Assembly: GCA_050253335.1 (NCBI GenBank)
Contig: JBFWJG010000023.1
Coordinates: 1-34,930, forward strand
Source: Deferribacterales bacterium
Lineage (GTDB): Bacteria; Chrysiogenota; Deferribacteres; Deferribacterales; Geovibrionaceae
Direction: 5' to 3'
DNA: 34,930 bases
Below the pieces are notes generated by a model, which saw only the letters and a program-made list of their open reading frames with translations, had not been told where the DNA came from and ran no database searches. Position numbers and translations under genes: made by a program. Positions 1-9,047 of this stretch are shown here, one piece after another. Position 1 is the stretch's first letter; every line of letters starts with the position of its first letter.

Positions 1-84
1 GTCGAAATAGCTGACGGCGTTAAAGTCAAATCCGCTAACAGCGGTGTAGCAAGTGTTGCCTCCGCTGCCGCCGGGGAGAAATAA
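1..84 (+). CDS. yajC: 3' end of preprotein translocase subunit YajC (partial)
   Basis: Frame 1 reads VEIADGVKVKSANSGVASVASAAAGEK* (TAA 82-84). This resembles the YajC C-terminus and lies directly upstream of secD-secF. Confidence 0.8.
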   Translation, partial: VEIADGVKVKSANSGVASVASAAAGEK

Positions 85-89
85 ACCTA

Positions 90-1634
90 CTGAAACTAAA
101 GACCAGATGGATCATCATTTTGATTGTAGCGGTCTGGGCTGTTATTTCCGTTCTGCCGTATGGCAAGAATATGAAACTCGGACTGGACCTTCAGGGCGGT
201 ATGCATGTCGTTCTCGGCGTGGATACCGAAAAGGCGGTTGAGGGAAGGCTTGAGGGCTTTACCGTAAAAATAAGAAAAGAACTCGCCGCGGAATCGGTCA
301 ACTTCGGCTATGTACAGATGGATGACAAAGGCAGAATCAACATCGCCCTCAACAACACGGACGATGCTGACAAGGTCAAAAAAATCATCTCTGACAGATA
401 CGATACACTCGAAGAAGTCGCCTCTTCAGGCACTAACATTCTCAGCTACCGCTTCAACAGCGCCGCTGTCAGACAGATTAAGGAATACGCTGTTGAGCAG
501 TCGCTTGAAGTTGTCAGAAACAGGATCGACCAGTTCGGCGTTACCGAACCTGTCATCCAGCGTCAGGGGCAGAATCAGGTTGTGGTTCAGCTTCCCGGGG
601 TAACGGAGCCTGAAAGAGCAATCAGCCTCATCGGCAGAACAGCTCAGCTCAAGTTTCATATAGTTAATGAAACAGTGAACCCTGAGGATGCGGTGAACGG
701 CAATGTTCCCTTTGACTCAATCCTGCTTTATCAGAAAGTTACAGATAAAAACACAGGCAAGGTACTGAGCAGCGTGCCCTTTGTTCTCAAAAGAGAGGCT
801 GTTCTCACCGGAGACTACCTTGTGGACGCTTCCGTTTCCTTCACGCAGAATAACCTTCCCGCTGTCCAGTTCACTCTGGATTCCGCAGGGAGCAAACTGT
901 TTGAAGAGGTTACAGGCCAGAACGTAAACAGAAGGATGGCAATTGTCCTGGACGACAATGTTTACTCCGCACCTGTGATCAAATCAAAAATAGCGGGCGG
1001 CAGCGCCATAATCGACGGCATAGGCACCCTTGAGGAAGCCAAAGAGATAGCTATAGTTCTGAGAGCGGGCAGCCTTCCTGCGCCTGTCACCATTGAAGAG
1101 AACAGAACTGTCGGCCCCTCACTCGGTCAGGACTCCATCAACTCCGGCCTTAAAGCCGCAATCGCAGGCATAGCCGCGGTTGTAATATTCATGGGGATTT
1201 ACTACCGAATCGCGGGACTCATAGCAAACGTTGCTGTTCTTTTCAACTTCCTGCTTATCTTCGCCGTAATGAGCCAGTTTCAGGCAACGCTCACCCTTCC
1301 GGGCATAGCGGGCATGATACTTACCCTTGCCATGTCGGTTGATGCAAACGTTCTTATATACGAGCGAATCAGGGAAGAGATACGCATAGGCAGAACATCG
1401 CTTAATGCTGTGGAATACGGCTATGAGAAAGCCCTTTCCACAATCCTTGACTCAAACATAACAACAATCATCGCGGCTATCGTTCTCTTCCAGTTCGGAA
1501 CAGGACCCATCAAAGGCTTCGCGGTAACGCTCTCCATCGGTATTCTTGCGTCTCTCTTCACGGCGCTGTTCTTCACAAGAACCGTTTTCGCCACCATTCT
1601 CGGCGGAAGCGAAACAAAATCCGTGAGCATATAG
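90..1634 (+). CDS. secD: Protein translocase subunit SecD
   Basis: Motifs LGLDLQGG, RNRIDQFGVTEP, LRAGSLPAP, VGPSLG, DANVLIYERIREE and GPIKGFAVTL. The ORF track starts at TTG 120; an in-frame CTG at 90 with GGGGAG upstream (73-78) restores the expected basic N-terminus. Confidence 0.97.
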   Translation: MKLKTRWIIILIVAVWAVISVLPYGKNMKLGLDLQGGMHVVLGVDTEKAVEGRLEGFTVKIRKELAAESVNFGYVQMDDKGRINIALNNTDDADKVKKIISDRYDTLEEVASSGTNILSYRFNSAAVRQIKEYAVEQSLEVVRNRIDQFGVTEPVIQRQGQNQVVVQLPGVTEPERAISLIGRTAQLKFHIVNETVNPEDAVNGNVPFDSILLYQKVTDKNTGKVLSSVPFVLKREAVLTGDYLVDASVSFTQNNLPAVQFTLDSAGSKLFEEVTGQNVNRRMAIVLDDNVYSAPVIKSKIAGGSAIIDGIGTLEEAKEIAIVLRAGSLPAPVTIEENRTVGPSLGQDSINSGLKAAIAGIAAVVIFMGIYYRIAGLIANVAVLFNFLLIFAVMSQFQATLTLPGIAGMILTLAMSVDANVLIYERIREEIRIGRTSLNAVEYGYEKALSTILDSNITTIIAAIVLFQFGTGPIKGFAVTLSIGILASLFTALFFTRTVFATILGGSETKSVSI

Positions 1635-1646
1635 GGGGAGGCTGAA

Positions 1647-2561
1647 ATGTTTGAGATAATTAAATCAGGAACGAAAATAGACTTTCTCTCCTACACAAAA
1701 TACTACTTCACGGCGAGCATCATACTCACCGTAATCTGCCTTGGAATCCTGTTTTCAAAAGGCTTTAACTACGGAATCGATTTCGCGGGCGGAACTGTAA
1801 TTCAGGCGCACTTCGAGAAAGATCCCAACCTTGATGAAATCAGAAATGCCATGAACAGTGCCGGAATCGGCGATGCCGTGATCCAGAACTTCGGCGAAGA
1901 GAATGAAGTTCTGATACGCCTTGAGAAGCTGGATAAAGAGCTTGATGTGATTTCCAATAATGTCCAGAACGCACTTGTTCAGACATTCGGCAATGAAAAA
2001 GTTGAGATAGTCCGCATTGAGCAGGTCGGCCCGCAGGTCGGCGAACAGCTTAAATCAAAAGCCTTTTACGCCGTTATCTACGCTCTCATAGGTATGCTTA
2101 TCTATATTGCAGTGCGTTTCAGGCCTATTTACGCGGTAGGCGCTGTGGCTGCTCTCGCCCATGACGTTATCATTACGCTGGGCGTGCTGAGCGTCACAGG
2201 CAGAGAGATCGACCTCACGATTGTTGCGGCTATCCTCACTATCGTGGGTTACTCCATCAACGACACGGTTATAGTTTTTGACAGGGTGCGTGAAAATCTT
2301 AAAGCCGAAGGCGGTTCATCCCTTTCAGTTAAAGATATTCTTAACAGAAGCCTTAACGAAACACTGACCAGAACCGTTATCACCTCCGGCACAACACTGT
2401 TTGCCGTAATCGCCCTTTACTTCCTCGGCGGTGAGGTCATTAACGGATTTGCCTTTACCCTCCTCATAGGTATCGGCTTCGGAACCTACTCATCAGTATG
2501 CGTGGCAGCAGCCATCGTCTATATACTCATGACAAGGAAAGCCACAGGCGCAGTTGCCTGA
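1647..2561 (+). CDS. secF: Protein translocase subunit SecF
   Basis: Motifs GIDFAGGT, VGPQVG, GYSINDTVIVFDRVRE and GTYSS; RBS GGAGG upstream; follows secD. Confidence 0.97.
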   Translation: MFEIIKSGTKIDFLSYTKYYFTASIILTVICLGILFSKGFNYGIDFAGGTVIQAHFEKDPNLDEIRNAMNSAGIGDAVIQNFGEENEVLIRLEKLDKELDVISNNVQNALVQTFGNEKVEIVRIEQVGPQVGEQLKSKAFYAVIYALIGMLIYIAVRFRPIYAVGAVAALAHDVIITLGVLSVTGREIDLTIVAAILTIVGYSINDTVIVFDRVRENLKAEGGSSLSVKDILNRSLNETLTRTVITSGTTLFAVIALYFLGGEVINGFAFTLLIGIGFGTYSSVCVAAAIVYILMTRKATGAVA

Positions 2562-2587
2562 GCTCATGTAAAAAATTAAGACGTCAG

Positions 2588-2618
2588 GGCCGTCTCCTTC
2601 AGGGGGCGGCCTTTTTTT
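2588..2618 (+). terminator. Rho-independent terminator of the secDF operon
   Basis: GGCCGTCTCC-TTCA-GGGGGCGGCC stem (with G-U pairs) followed by T7. Confidence 0.85.
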
Positions 2619-2680
2619 GTGCCTTATAGAGTTGAAACAGGGATTTCTGAAGAGTAATATAGATATACCGGAGGCATACA

Positions 2681-2983
2681 ATGTCATATGATACCAAATA
2701 CTGCACTGAGTGCGGAGAAGTGATCAGACGCAGTGCTGAAATATGCCCTAAATGCGGAGTGAGGCAGTATCCGGTCAGAGGGCGGAACAGGCTGGCCGCG
2801 GCACTTCTGGCCTTTTTCCTCGGCGGCTTCGGCATACATAAGTTTTATCTGGGTAAAACAGGCTGGGGAATCGTTTATCTGCTTCTCTGCTGGACATTCA
2901 TACCCGGGCTGATCGCAATCGCAGAATCTGTGTTTCTCTTAATTATGAGTGATCAGGAATTTGACGCGAAATACAACAGTTGA
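2681..2983 (+). CDS. Zinc-ribbon + TM2 (NINE-like) domain membrane protein
   Basis: CxxC-x10-CxxC at the N-terminus, then AALLAFFLGGFGIHKFYLG, which is the TM2 signature; GGAGG RBS. Confidence 0.85.
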   Translation: MSYDTKYCTECGEVIRRSAEICPKCGVRQYPVRGRNRLAAALLAFFLGGFGIHKFYLGKTGWGIVYLLLCWTFIPGLIAIAESVFLLIMSDQEFDAKYNS

Positions 2984-2987
2984 AATC

Positions 2988-3010
2988 AAAAAGCCCCGCC
3001 GAAGCGGGGC
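2988..3010. terminator. Terminator between convergent TM2 and IclR genes
   Basis: GCCCCGC-CGAA-GCGGGGC hairpin. The A5 on the left side is the U-tract for the minus-strand iclR transcript; the right side is AT-rich. Confidence 0.8.
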
Positions 3011-3021
3011 CTTAATATTTT

Positions 3022-3807
3022 TTATTCGTGGTAGCCTAAGCGTTTGCTTATCTCTCGGGCGTATTTTCTCGCCACGGGGAGAATCTGGTTCATGATCCTC
3101 TCATCCGTCATGCGGCAGGCGGGGCCTGTAACGCTGAGCGCGGCGACGGGGATTCCCAGATAATCCTTAACGGGAACAGCAACGCAGCGCACCCTTTCCT
3201 CAAACTCCTGATTGTCCAGAGCGTAATCGTCCTCGGCAACCCCTTTCAGTTCCTTCTTCAGAACAGGGAGAGAGGTGATTGTGCTGTCTGTATATCTCTT
3301 GAGCCTTGCGCCCATGTATATTTTGTTTATTTCTTCCTCGGAGGAATAAGCAAGCTGAACCTTGCCTATTGCCGTGCAGTATGCGGGAACATCCTTGCCG
3401 ACGCGGGAAACAACCCGCACGGGGAGATTGGTCTCAACTATATCGAGGTAGATAACGTTGCCTTCACGGAGTATCCCTATATAAACAGACTCGTTCACCT
3501 CTGTGACTATCTTCTCCATGAAGGGTCTGGACAGTTTGAGTATGCCGAGCTTGCTGACAAACTTCTGTCCGAGATTGAAGATGCCTATTCCCAGACGGTA
3601 GTTCTCTGTGTTGTAGTTCTGCTCTATGTAGCCTCTGGAAGCGAGGGTAGCAAGCAGCCTGAACACATTGTTTTTGTGCAGTCCCAGAGACTTACTGAGT
3701 TCGGTAACGCCGAACTCGTCTTTATTTTCCGCAGTCCTGAACACCTCAAAAAGCTGAAGGGCGTGATATACGGACTGAACAGGTTTTACATCCGGCTTAT
3801 AAACCAT
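3022..3807 (-). CDS. IclR family transcriptional regulator
   Basis: N-terminal HTH (GVTELSKSLGLHKNNVFRLLATL) and IclR effector motifs (CTAIGK, RCVAVPV, AALSVTGP). Start moved to ATG 3807 because of an AGGAG RBS at 3814-3818. Confidence 0.93.
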   Translation of the reverse strand: MVYKPDVKPVQSVYHALQLFEVFRTAENKDEFGVTELSKSLGLHKNNVFRLLATLASRGYIEQNYNTENYRLGIGIFNLGQKFVSKLGILKLSRPFMEKIVTEVNESVYIGILREGNVIYLDIVETNLPVRVVSRVGKDVPAYCTAIGKVQLAYSSEEEINKIYMGARLKRYTDSTITSLPVLKKELKGVAEDDYALDNQEFEERVRCVAVPVKDYLGIPVAALSVTGPACRMTDERIMNQILPVARKYAREISKRLGYHE

Positions 3808-3984
3808 AAAATACTCCTTAAAAATACCCACTGAGGGCTAATGAAACATATATTGTGCTCAATCGCACAGGTATAACGTTTATCTTATAATAACAGGCTA
3901 ACGTTTGAAAGAATATAAAATATCGTTATAAACAAAACAAGTTTTTTCTTTATTATAAGAAAAAATTATTGCTGTTTACATAAA

Positions 3985-5220
3985 TCAGTCATTAACCAGC
4001 TTAATACTGAGCTTATCCGCCAGATCCGAAATGTCGTAACCGCCGGGATTCTGGAATACTCTTAAATCGAATTCCTTAACAGCGGCAAGCAGATGATCGA
4101 AAATATCCGACTGAATGCCTTCGTAGTTCACCCAGTTTATATCGTTCGAAAAAACATAAACCTCAAGGGGGAGACCTTCAGCAGTCGGAGCCAACTGTCT
4201 TACCAGAAAGGTCATGCTCTTGTCTATCTCTTTTTTCTGTCTCAGATATTCAAGGATGTAAGCCCTGAATGTGCCTATGTTCGTGAGCTGGCGTCCGTTT
4301 ATCCCGCATCCGCCCGAAACGCATTTGTTGGCCTCTGCCAGTTCATCCTGCTTGCGTTTCAGATAGTCCCTCAGGATATCTATTTTTTCGAAATTTTTAA
4401 TATCCTGTTCCGTTAAAAAACGGATGCTCTTTTGATCTATCAGGATAGAACGCCTTATCCTTCTTCCGCCGGATTCGCGCATTCCTCTCCAGTTTTTGAA
4501 AGAGCCGTCAATCAGCTTGTGAGTCGGGATCGAGACTATGGTGTTGTCAAAGTTCTGCACCTTAACAGTGTGCAGAGCCATTTCAGTCACGGTTCCGTCA
4601 GCACCGGTTCCCGGAACCTCTATCCAGTCGCCGACATGGATAAGGTCATTAAAAATAATAAGTATGCTGGCCACGAAATTCATGATGGTGTCTTTGAACA
4701 CCAGCATGAGTATAGCCGTCATTGCCCCTATTCCGCTGAGAATAGCCCACGGGGATTTGCCGAGGAAGAAGCAGATAACCAGAATCGCGCCCATGGTAAA
4801 AAGGAATATCTCAACGAGCTGAACATATCCCTTTATGGGTCTGGTCACCGCCACAGGGAATTGCTCATAAACCTCAACGGCGGAACGCAGGAGCCTTCTC
4901 ACAAAAACCACAACCATCAGCGTTATATAGACATTAAGAAGCCTGACAAGAGGAGTCTCAAGCACAGGAAAAAACTGCATCCCGTAATGGATTACAAACA
5001 CGGGGGGCAGTGTGAAAACTATATTAAATACCTTGTGTTTAAGGAAAACATCATCCCAACCCGCAGAACTCCGCTTCACGGCGGCATGTATAAGCCTCAG
5101 TATGAAAAATCTCGGTACAGCGTAAGCCAGAAAAACAAAGAAGAGAATCACACATGCCTTAATCAGGCCTTCCAGCGGGATGTTCATGTAGGAAAGTATT
5201 TCAATCATTTTTTCTTTCAT
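3985..5220 (-). CDS. MscS-family mechanosensitive channel (YbdG/MscM-like)
   Basis: Several TM helices plus GDWIE, VKVQNFDNTI, FKNWRGM.ESGGRRI and YEGIQSDIFDHL, typical of YbdG-type channels. Confidence 0.92.
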   Translation of the reverse strand: MKEKMIEILSYMNIPLEGLIKACVILFFVFLAYAVPRFFILRLIHAAVKRSSAGWDDVFLKHKVFNIVFTLPPVFVIHYGMQFFPVLETPLVRLLNVYITLMVVVFVRRLLRSAVEVYEQFPVAVTRPIKGYVQLVEIFLFTMGAILVICFFLGKSPWAILSGIGAMTAILMLVFKDTIMNFVASILIIFNDLIHVGDWIEVPGTGADGTVTEMALHTVKVQNFDNTIVSIPTHKLIDGSFKNWRGMRESGGRRIRRSILIDQKSIRFLTEQDIKNFEKIDILRDYLKRKQDELAEANKCVSGGCGINGRQLTNIGTFRAYILEYLRQKKEIDKSMTFLVRQLAPTAEGLPLEVYVFSNDINWVNYEGIQSDIFDHLLAAVKEFDLRVFQNPGGYDISDLADKLSIKLVND

Positions 5221-6359
5221 GCCGTGGCGTCAAAACCTCCCAAATGCATTGCGGTATCCTTTTTTACCTCGAAAACAGATTCATCCTTTGGTTCATATTT
5301 TTTCCAGCGGACGAGTGCGTTCTCAACCTCGATATCTTTCAGCATTTCCGATATATCGGCTTCGCTTTTCACCAGTATATCAAAAACATCCTTAATCTGC
5401 CTTACGGTTATGAATGTTTTCCCTATTCTGCTGAATTCAAGGGAGATATACATCACTCCGCCGCCTTTGTCATCTTTTTTATATCTGACAAGGGCATCGC
5501 TGACATCCTCATCCTTTGTTTTAAGATAGCTCACAAGTCCGTCCGCCATGAGGACGTTGACAAGCTGGAGCCTTGTTATGGCTTCTCTGGCGGGCACATC
5601 CCTTTCCGTATATGCGCGGAACTTTTCATCACCTGTGACCTGTTCATTATTAGCCAGCTTATTCTCAAAGAAGATGCCGCTTTCCTTTATGGCCGCTTTT
5701 ATATCATCCGCACTGAGGTCAAGGAGGCTGAGACTCGAAAATTTTCCGGTGCTTTTCAGGAGCGCCGCGAAATCGAACTTGCCTACCTCTGTTTTTACAC
5801 TCAGCGGATCCAGATTTTCTATCGGGGTTTTCATCACCATGAGTTCAAGGAAAGGGTCTGTCTTAATAATCTGCGCTTTCAGCGTGTTGAGAACTGTCTG
5901 GCCGATATCCGCCTTGAACAGATAGCCGTCCGCATCAAGAAGCTTCAGCCCGTCCGCCATTGTCCGGACTATGCTGAGATTCAGCGTACCCCCTTCCTTA
6001 GCCCCGGGGATTGTGCCTTTCAGCAGACGGAATATAACAGCGTCCGCTCCGTTCTCCGTCTCCGCACCGGTTCCGGGTGCAGGCTTCACAACAGCAGAGT
6101 TAAAACTGTCTTCAAAATTTCTGATTATTTTAAGTTCGACCTGAGAACCGCTCCGAACCACCTGAGCCCGGAAACGGGCGCTTTCGCCAAGCTCAGTATC
6201 CAGAGTCGCGGTGACCTGACGGCCTTTGAGATTTATAAGATACATCCCGTTGTTCATTCTGCGGACAACGGAACCGCCGAGTTTTTCCCCTTCCATCAGT
6301 TCGAGGAGCTTCCCGCTTTGGTCTGTGAAACCCGGCTGCCCGCCGGAACCAACTTTCAT
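5217..6359 (-). CDS. Hypothetical protein, possible flagellar hook-length-control (FliK-like) family
   Basis: SGIFFENKL motif and a C-terminal ISLEFSRIGKTFITVR segment resembling FliK_C; last flagellar gene of the cluster; overlaps both neighbours by 4 bp. Confidence 0.5.
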   Translation of the reverse strand: MKVGSGGQPGFTDQSGKLLELMEGEKLGGSVVRRMNNGMYLINLKGRQVTATLDTELGESARFRAQVVRSGSQVELKIIRNFEDSFNSAVVKPAPGTGAETENGADAVIFRLLKGTIPGAKEGGTLNLSIVRTMADGLKLLDADGYLFKADIGQTVLNTLKAQIIKTDPFLELMVMKTPIENLDPLSVKTEVGKFDFAALLKSTGKFSSLSLLDLSADDIKAAIKESGIFFENKLANNEQVTGDEKFRAYTERDVPAREAITRLQLVNVLMADGLVSYLKTKDEDVSDALVRYKKDDKGGGVMYISLEFSRIGKTFITVRQIKDVFDILVKSEADISEMLKDIEVENALVRWKKYEPKDESVFEVKKDTAMHLGGFDATA

Positions 6360-6772
6360 GCGCCCATGCTGCGCACTATCTTGACCTCTGTGGTGGAGAT
6401 GCCCAGCTTTCTGGCTATTTCAGAATCGGGCATACCGTCCTCTGCCAGCTCCCTTATCTTTTCTTTAAGGGTCTTCTCCGGCTTTGCCTTTTCCGCCGCC
6501 CTGCCGTAGTCCGCAAGTTTGGAATCGGCAAGCACAGTGAGGTCTTCCAGCACGCTCTCCCTTTCTTTTATGGAGTTTTCAAGCCTTGCGGCCACATGCT
6601 CGCTCTCTATCACCAGTTCCCTGAGTTCTTCTATGAACGGATACAGATCAGACGGGGTGACCTCGATGAGCCTTTTCTCCAGCCTGCGCACCTTTGCCGC
6701 AAGCGCCGCCACAACCAGCACCAGAATAAGAAGAATTATATATGTAATGATAAGAAGTGTGGAGTTGGTCAT
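6356..6772 (-). CDS. Membrane-anchored coiled-coil protein with C-terminal HTH-like tail (DUF6115/DUF2802-like)
   Basis: N-terminal TM, coiled coil and C-terminal GMPDSEIARKLGISTTEVKIV. This architecture is commonly seen at the end of fla/che operons. Confidence 0.65.
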   Translation of the reverse strand: MTNSTLLIITYIILLILVLVVAALAAKVRRLEKRLIEVTPSDLYPFIEELRELVIESEHVAARLENSIKERESVLEDLTVLADSKLADYGRAAEKAKPEKTLKEKIRELAEDGMPDSEIARKLGISTTEVKIVRSMGA

Positions 6773-7554
6773 CTATCCCTCGCCTCTTTCAGAAGCTCTC
6801 TGTCTTTTTCAAAAACATATCTTATTATGTTTTCCTTAACTGCCTCTTCCATATCAGTAAACTCCAGATCCGCCAGTATGCCCAGCTTTGTCTTCCGTCC
6901 GCCCGCCACTTTGCCCACTGCGGCAAAACGCAGTCTGCCGCCCGTGTCAAAGGATCTGGCCTCCAGAAAGATGAGCTCGCCCGCTTTCAGAGAGCCGTCT
7001 GTGAAGAATCCGCAGCCTTCGCTGCTTATATAAAGTGCTTTAACTGTCTGGAGATCCTGTTCTCTGCTGTCCGCCTCTGCCAGATAAACCAGCCTGTCCA
7101 GCTTCGCGTCCATCTCAATGAGAAAACGGAAAAGATGCTGGTTGCTGATGGTTTCATTCGGTATTACAGACTGAATTTTATTGACTATGCTGTTCTTGTT
7201 GGACAGGTTCAGCCTCTCCGCCCTGCGGGCGTATGAGGAATATTCTTCTGCGGAAATTTTCTTTATATCAAAAGAGCCCTTGTACTCAACCCTGTGGGCG
7301 CATTCCGCCTTTCCCCTAAGATCCTTGACCGCCCTGAACGTAAGCAGGCTTCCCTCGGCTTTCACCAGCTCCGCCTGAACACACTTTGAGCTTCCCGCCT
7401 CGTGCCACTGAAGGGTCATCTCCAGACTTTCATCTGTCATTGCGGGTGAATATGAGGCAAGCTGAAGCACAAGGGGCGCCTTGGACGCAAGCTGACCGTA
7501 AACAGTTCTTATGTCATCAGGATAAACTATGCTCAGCCTTGCCCTTACAATCAC
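6769..7554 (-). CDS. PilZ-like domain protein
   Basis: MDAKLDRL helix, YISSEG at the (D/N)xSxxG position and a C-terminal EFTDM..ENIIRYVFEKDRE PilZ-type helix. Confidence 0.65.
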   Translation of the reverse strand: MIVRARLSIVYPDDIRTVYGQLASKAPLVLQLASYSPAMTDESLEMTLQWHEAGSSKCVQAELVKAEGSLLTFRAVKDLRGKAECAHRVEYKGSFDIKKISAEEYSSYARRAERLNLSNKNSIVNKIQSVIPNETISNQHLFRFLIEMDAKLDRLVYLAEADSREQDLQTVKALYISSEGCGFFTDGSLKAGELIFLEARSFDTGGRLRFAAVGKVAGGRKTKLGILADLEFTDMEEAVKENIIRYVFEKDRELLKEARDR

Positions 7555-7557
7555 TTA

Positions 7558-7842
7558 TCATGCCTCGATATCTATTAGGTGCCCCGACTTGCTTTCCGGC
7601 GGTGCTTTGCGCTTCTTCCTGCCGTCGTCCCGCTTCTTGCGGTTTTTTTCATCAATGTTGGGATTTTCCGAACGGGGCACATTTGTAACCGAGCGGGCAT
7701 TCTGCTCATTCTGCCTCGCCATTTCCGACGCCAGATGAGCATGACGCTGTTCCGCGTTTCTTTCCATCACTTCCTGAACCTTTTCGGTCACAGGAGTTTT
7801 ATTCATTATGACCTGAACATCCATCGGACCGGGAGCCATCAC
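7558..7842 (-). CDS. Small hypothetical flagellar-operon protein
   Basis: GGAGG RBS; hydrophilic 94 aa ending in GHLIDIEA (G-x-x-I-D tail seen in small flagellar-cluster proteins). Confidence 0.7.
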   Translation of the reverse strand: MMAPGPMDVQVIMNKTPVTEKVQEVMERNAEQRHAHLASEMARQNEQNARSVTNVPRSENPNIDEKNRKKRDDGRKKRKAPPESKSGHLIDIEA

Positions 7843-7891
7843 TTCACCTCCGACTCAGCTGGCGCATAAAAATGCGGCTGTCCTGATCTGC

Positions 7892-7920
7892 TTATCGGCA
7901 CAAATTCATATTATATAAAT
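7892..7920 (-). promoter_or_regulatory. Candidate sigma28 (FliA) promoter
   Basis: Perfect -10 GCCGATAA (minus strand, 7899-7892) about 50 nt upstream of the 7842 ORF. The -35 is imperfect and a TATAAT is also nearby, so sigma70 is an alternative. Confidence 0.45.
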
Positions 7921-7961
7921 TAAGCCGTTGCGCATGAAGCGCCAGATGAGATCCTTCGTCC

Positions 7962-8186
7962 TTATAGTTCAGAAAAACCTGCGTCCTGCGGTACGCGCTC
8001 CGCGGGCACATCTGTCTTGCCGCAGAAAAGGGCACATCTAACCTGACCATTGTTCAGAAAAACCTGCGTCCTGCAGTTTTTCTTCACTCGCAGCCTGCGC
8101 GGTAAAACCGCTTGCTGCTCTGGCTGCGCTATGCGTTCCTCGCATTCGCTGCGGTACGCGCTCCGCGGGCACATCCATGTGCCTGA
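7962..8186 (-). repeat. Structured intergenic repeat element, locus A (one full unit plus an internally deleted unit)
   Basis: 8186-8052 aligns with 34013-34147 (about 15 substitutions and 2 indels in ~135 nt, counted by eye). Internal exact duplications: 7967-7989 = 8052-8074 and 7986-8012 = 8149-8175. Confidence 0.9.
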
Positions 8187-8216
8187 GCAAACGCGCCCCG
8201 ACTGTCATATGGCTGT

Positions 8217-9047
8217 TTATTTCAGGTAAACTATGCCGCCGCCGAAGTTCTTCATCTGGAATTTATCGCTTATCTTGTTCAGGGTCTCGGAGTGGCCGAG
8301 GAACAGATAGCCCGGGTCATTCAATGTTTTATGGAAGGTCTCGATCACCTTGATCTTGGCTTCCATATCGAAATATATCAGCACGTTGCGGCAGAAGATA
8401 ATATCAGCCTTGCCGAACTTGGAAGCGACCATAGGGCTCAGCAGGTTCCCCTGAAAGAACTTCACCTGCGAGGCTATCGCAGGATCAAGCTTAAATGAAA
8501 AGCCGTCCTTGGTGAAATATTTATCCACTATGGGCTGAGGAACTCCCCTGAAAGACACGCTGCGGTATATCCCCTGTCTTGCTGTTTCCAGCACTTCGGT
8601 GTTTATATCGGAAGCGTAGATTTCGATGTTCATCCTGTTCAGAAGCCCTGCCTCGTTCAGCAGGATAGCCATCGAATAAGGCTCCTCGCCGGAGGAACTG
8701 GCGGAGGACCAGATCCTGATGCTTCTTTTCCCCTTAGCCTGCAGTTCGGGGATCACAGTTTTGATCATGTAATCCATCTGCGCGCGCTCACGGAGGAAAT
8801 AGGTTTCGTTTATGGTCACAAGATTGAGAAGAATCTCCATCTCCTCTTTCTTTTTCACATTATATTTAAGGTAGTAGATGTAGTCCTTGAAGCTGCTGAA
8901 GTTCAGTTCCTGAAGCCTTTTTGTCAGCCTGTTTTCCAGAAGATACTTTTTGCTGTCTGAAAAAGATATGGCGGAACTGTTATAGATGATATCCTTCAGC
9001 TCTACAAATTCGTCATCCTTTATTTTTATAGTTCCGATCTGAATCAT
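8217..9047 (-). CDS. cheR: Chemotaxis protein-glutamate O-methyltransferase CheR
   Basis: Motifs TINETYFLRE, IWSSASSSGEEPYSMA, DIIFCRNVLIYFD and LFLGHSE. Confidence 0.96.
   Translation of the reverse strand: MIQIGTIKIKDDEFVELKDIIYNSSAISFSDSKKYLLENRLTKRLQELNFSSFKDYIYYLKYNVKKKEEMEILLNLVTINETYFLRERAQMDYMIKTVIPELQAKGKRSIRIWSSASSSGEEPYSMAILLNEAGLLNRMNIEIYASDINTEVLETARQGIYRSVSFRGVPQPIVDKYFTKDGFSFKLDPAIASQVKFFQGNLLSPMVASKFGKADIIFCRNVLIYFDMEAKIKVIETFHKTLNDPGYLFLGHSETLNKISDKFQMKNFGGGIVYLK

Noticed and set aside
4093..6509. Long plus-strand ORFs (4432-5529, 5244-6509 and others)
   Set aside because: Antisense shadows of well-supported minus-strand genes, with no recognisable motifs.
7962..8174. 70-aa ORF here, and the 83-aa ORF at 33915-34166
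   Set aside because: Both lie within the repeat elements and on opposite strands relative to the element, so no reading frame is conserved between copies.
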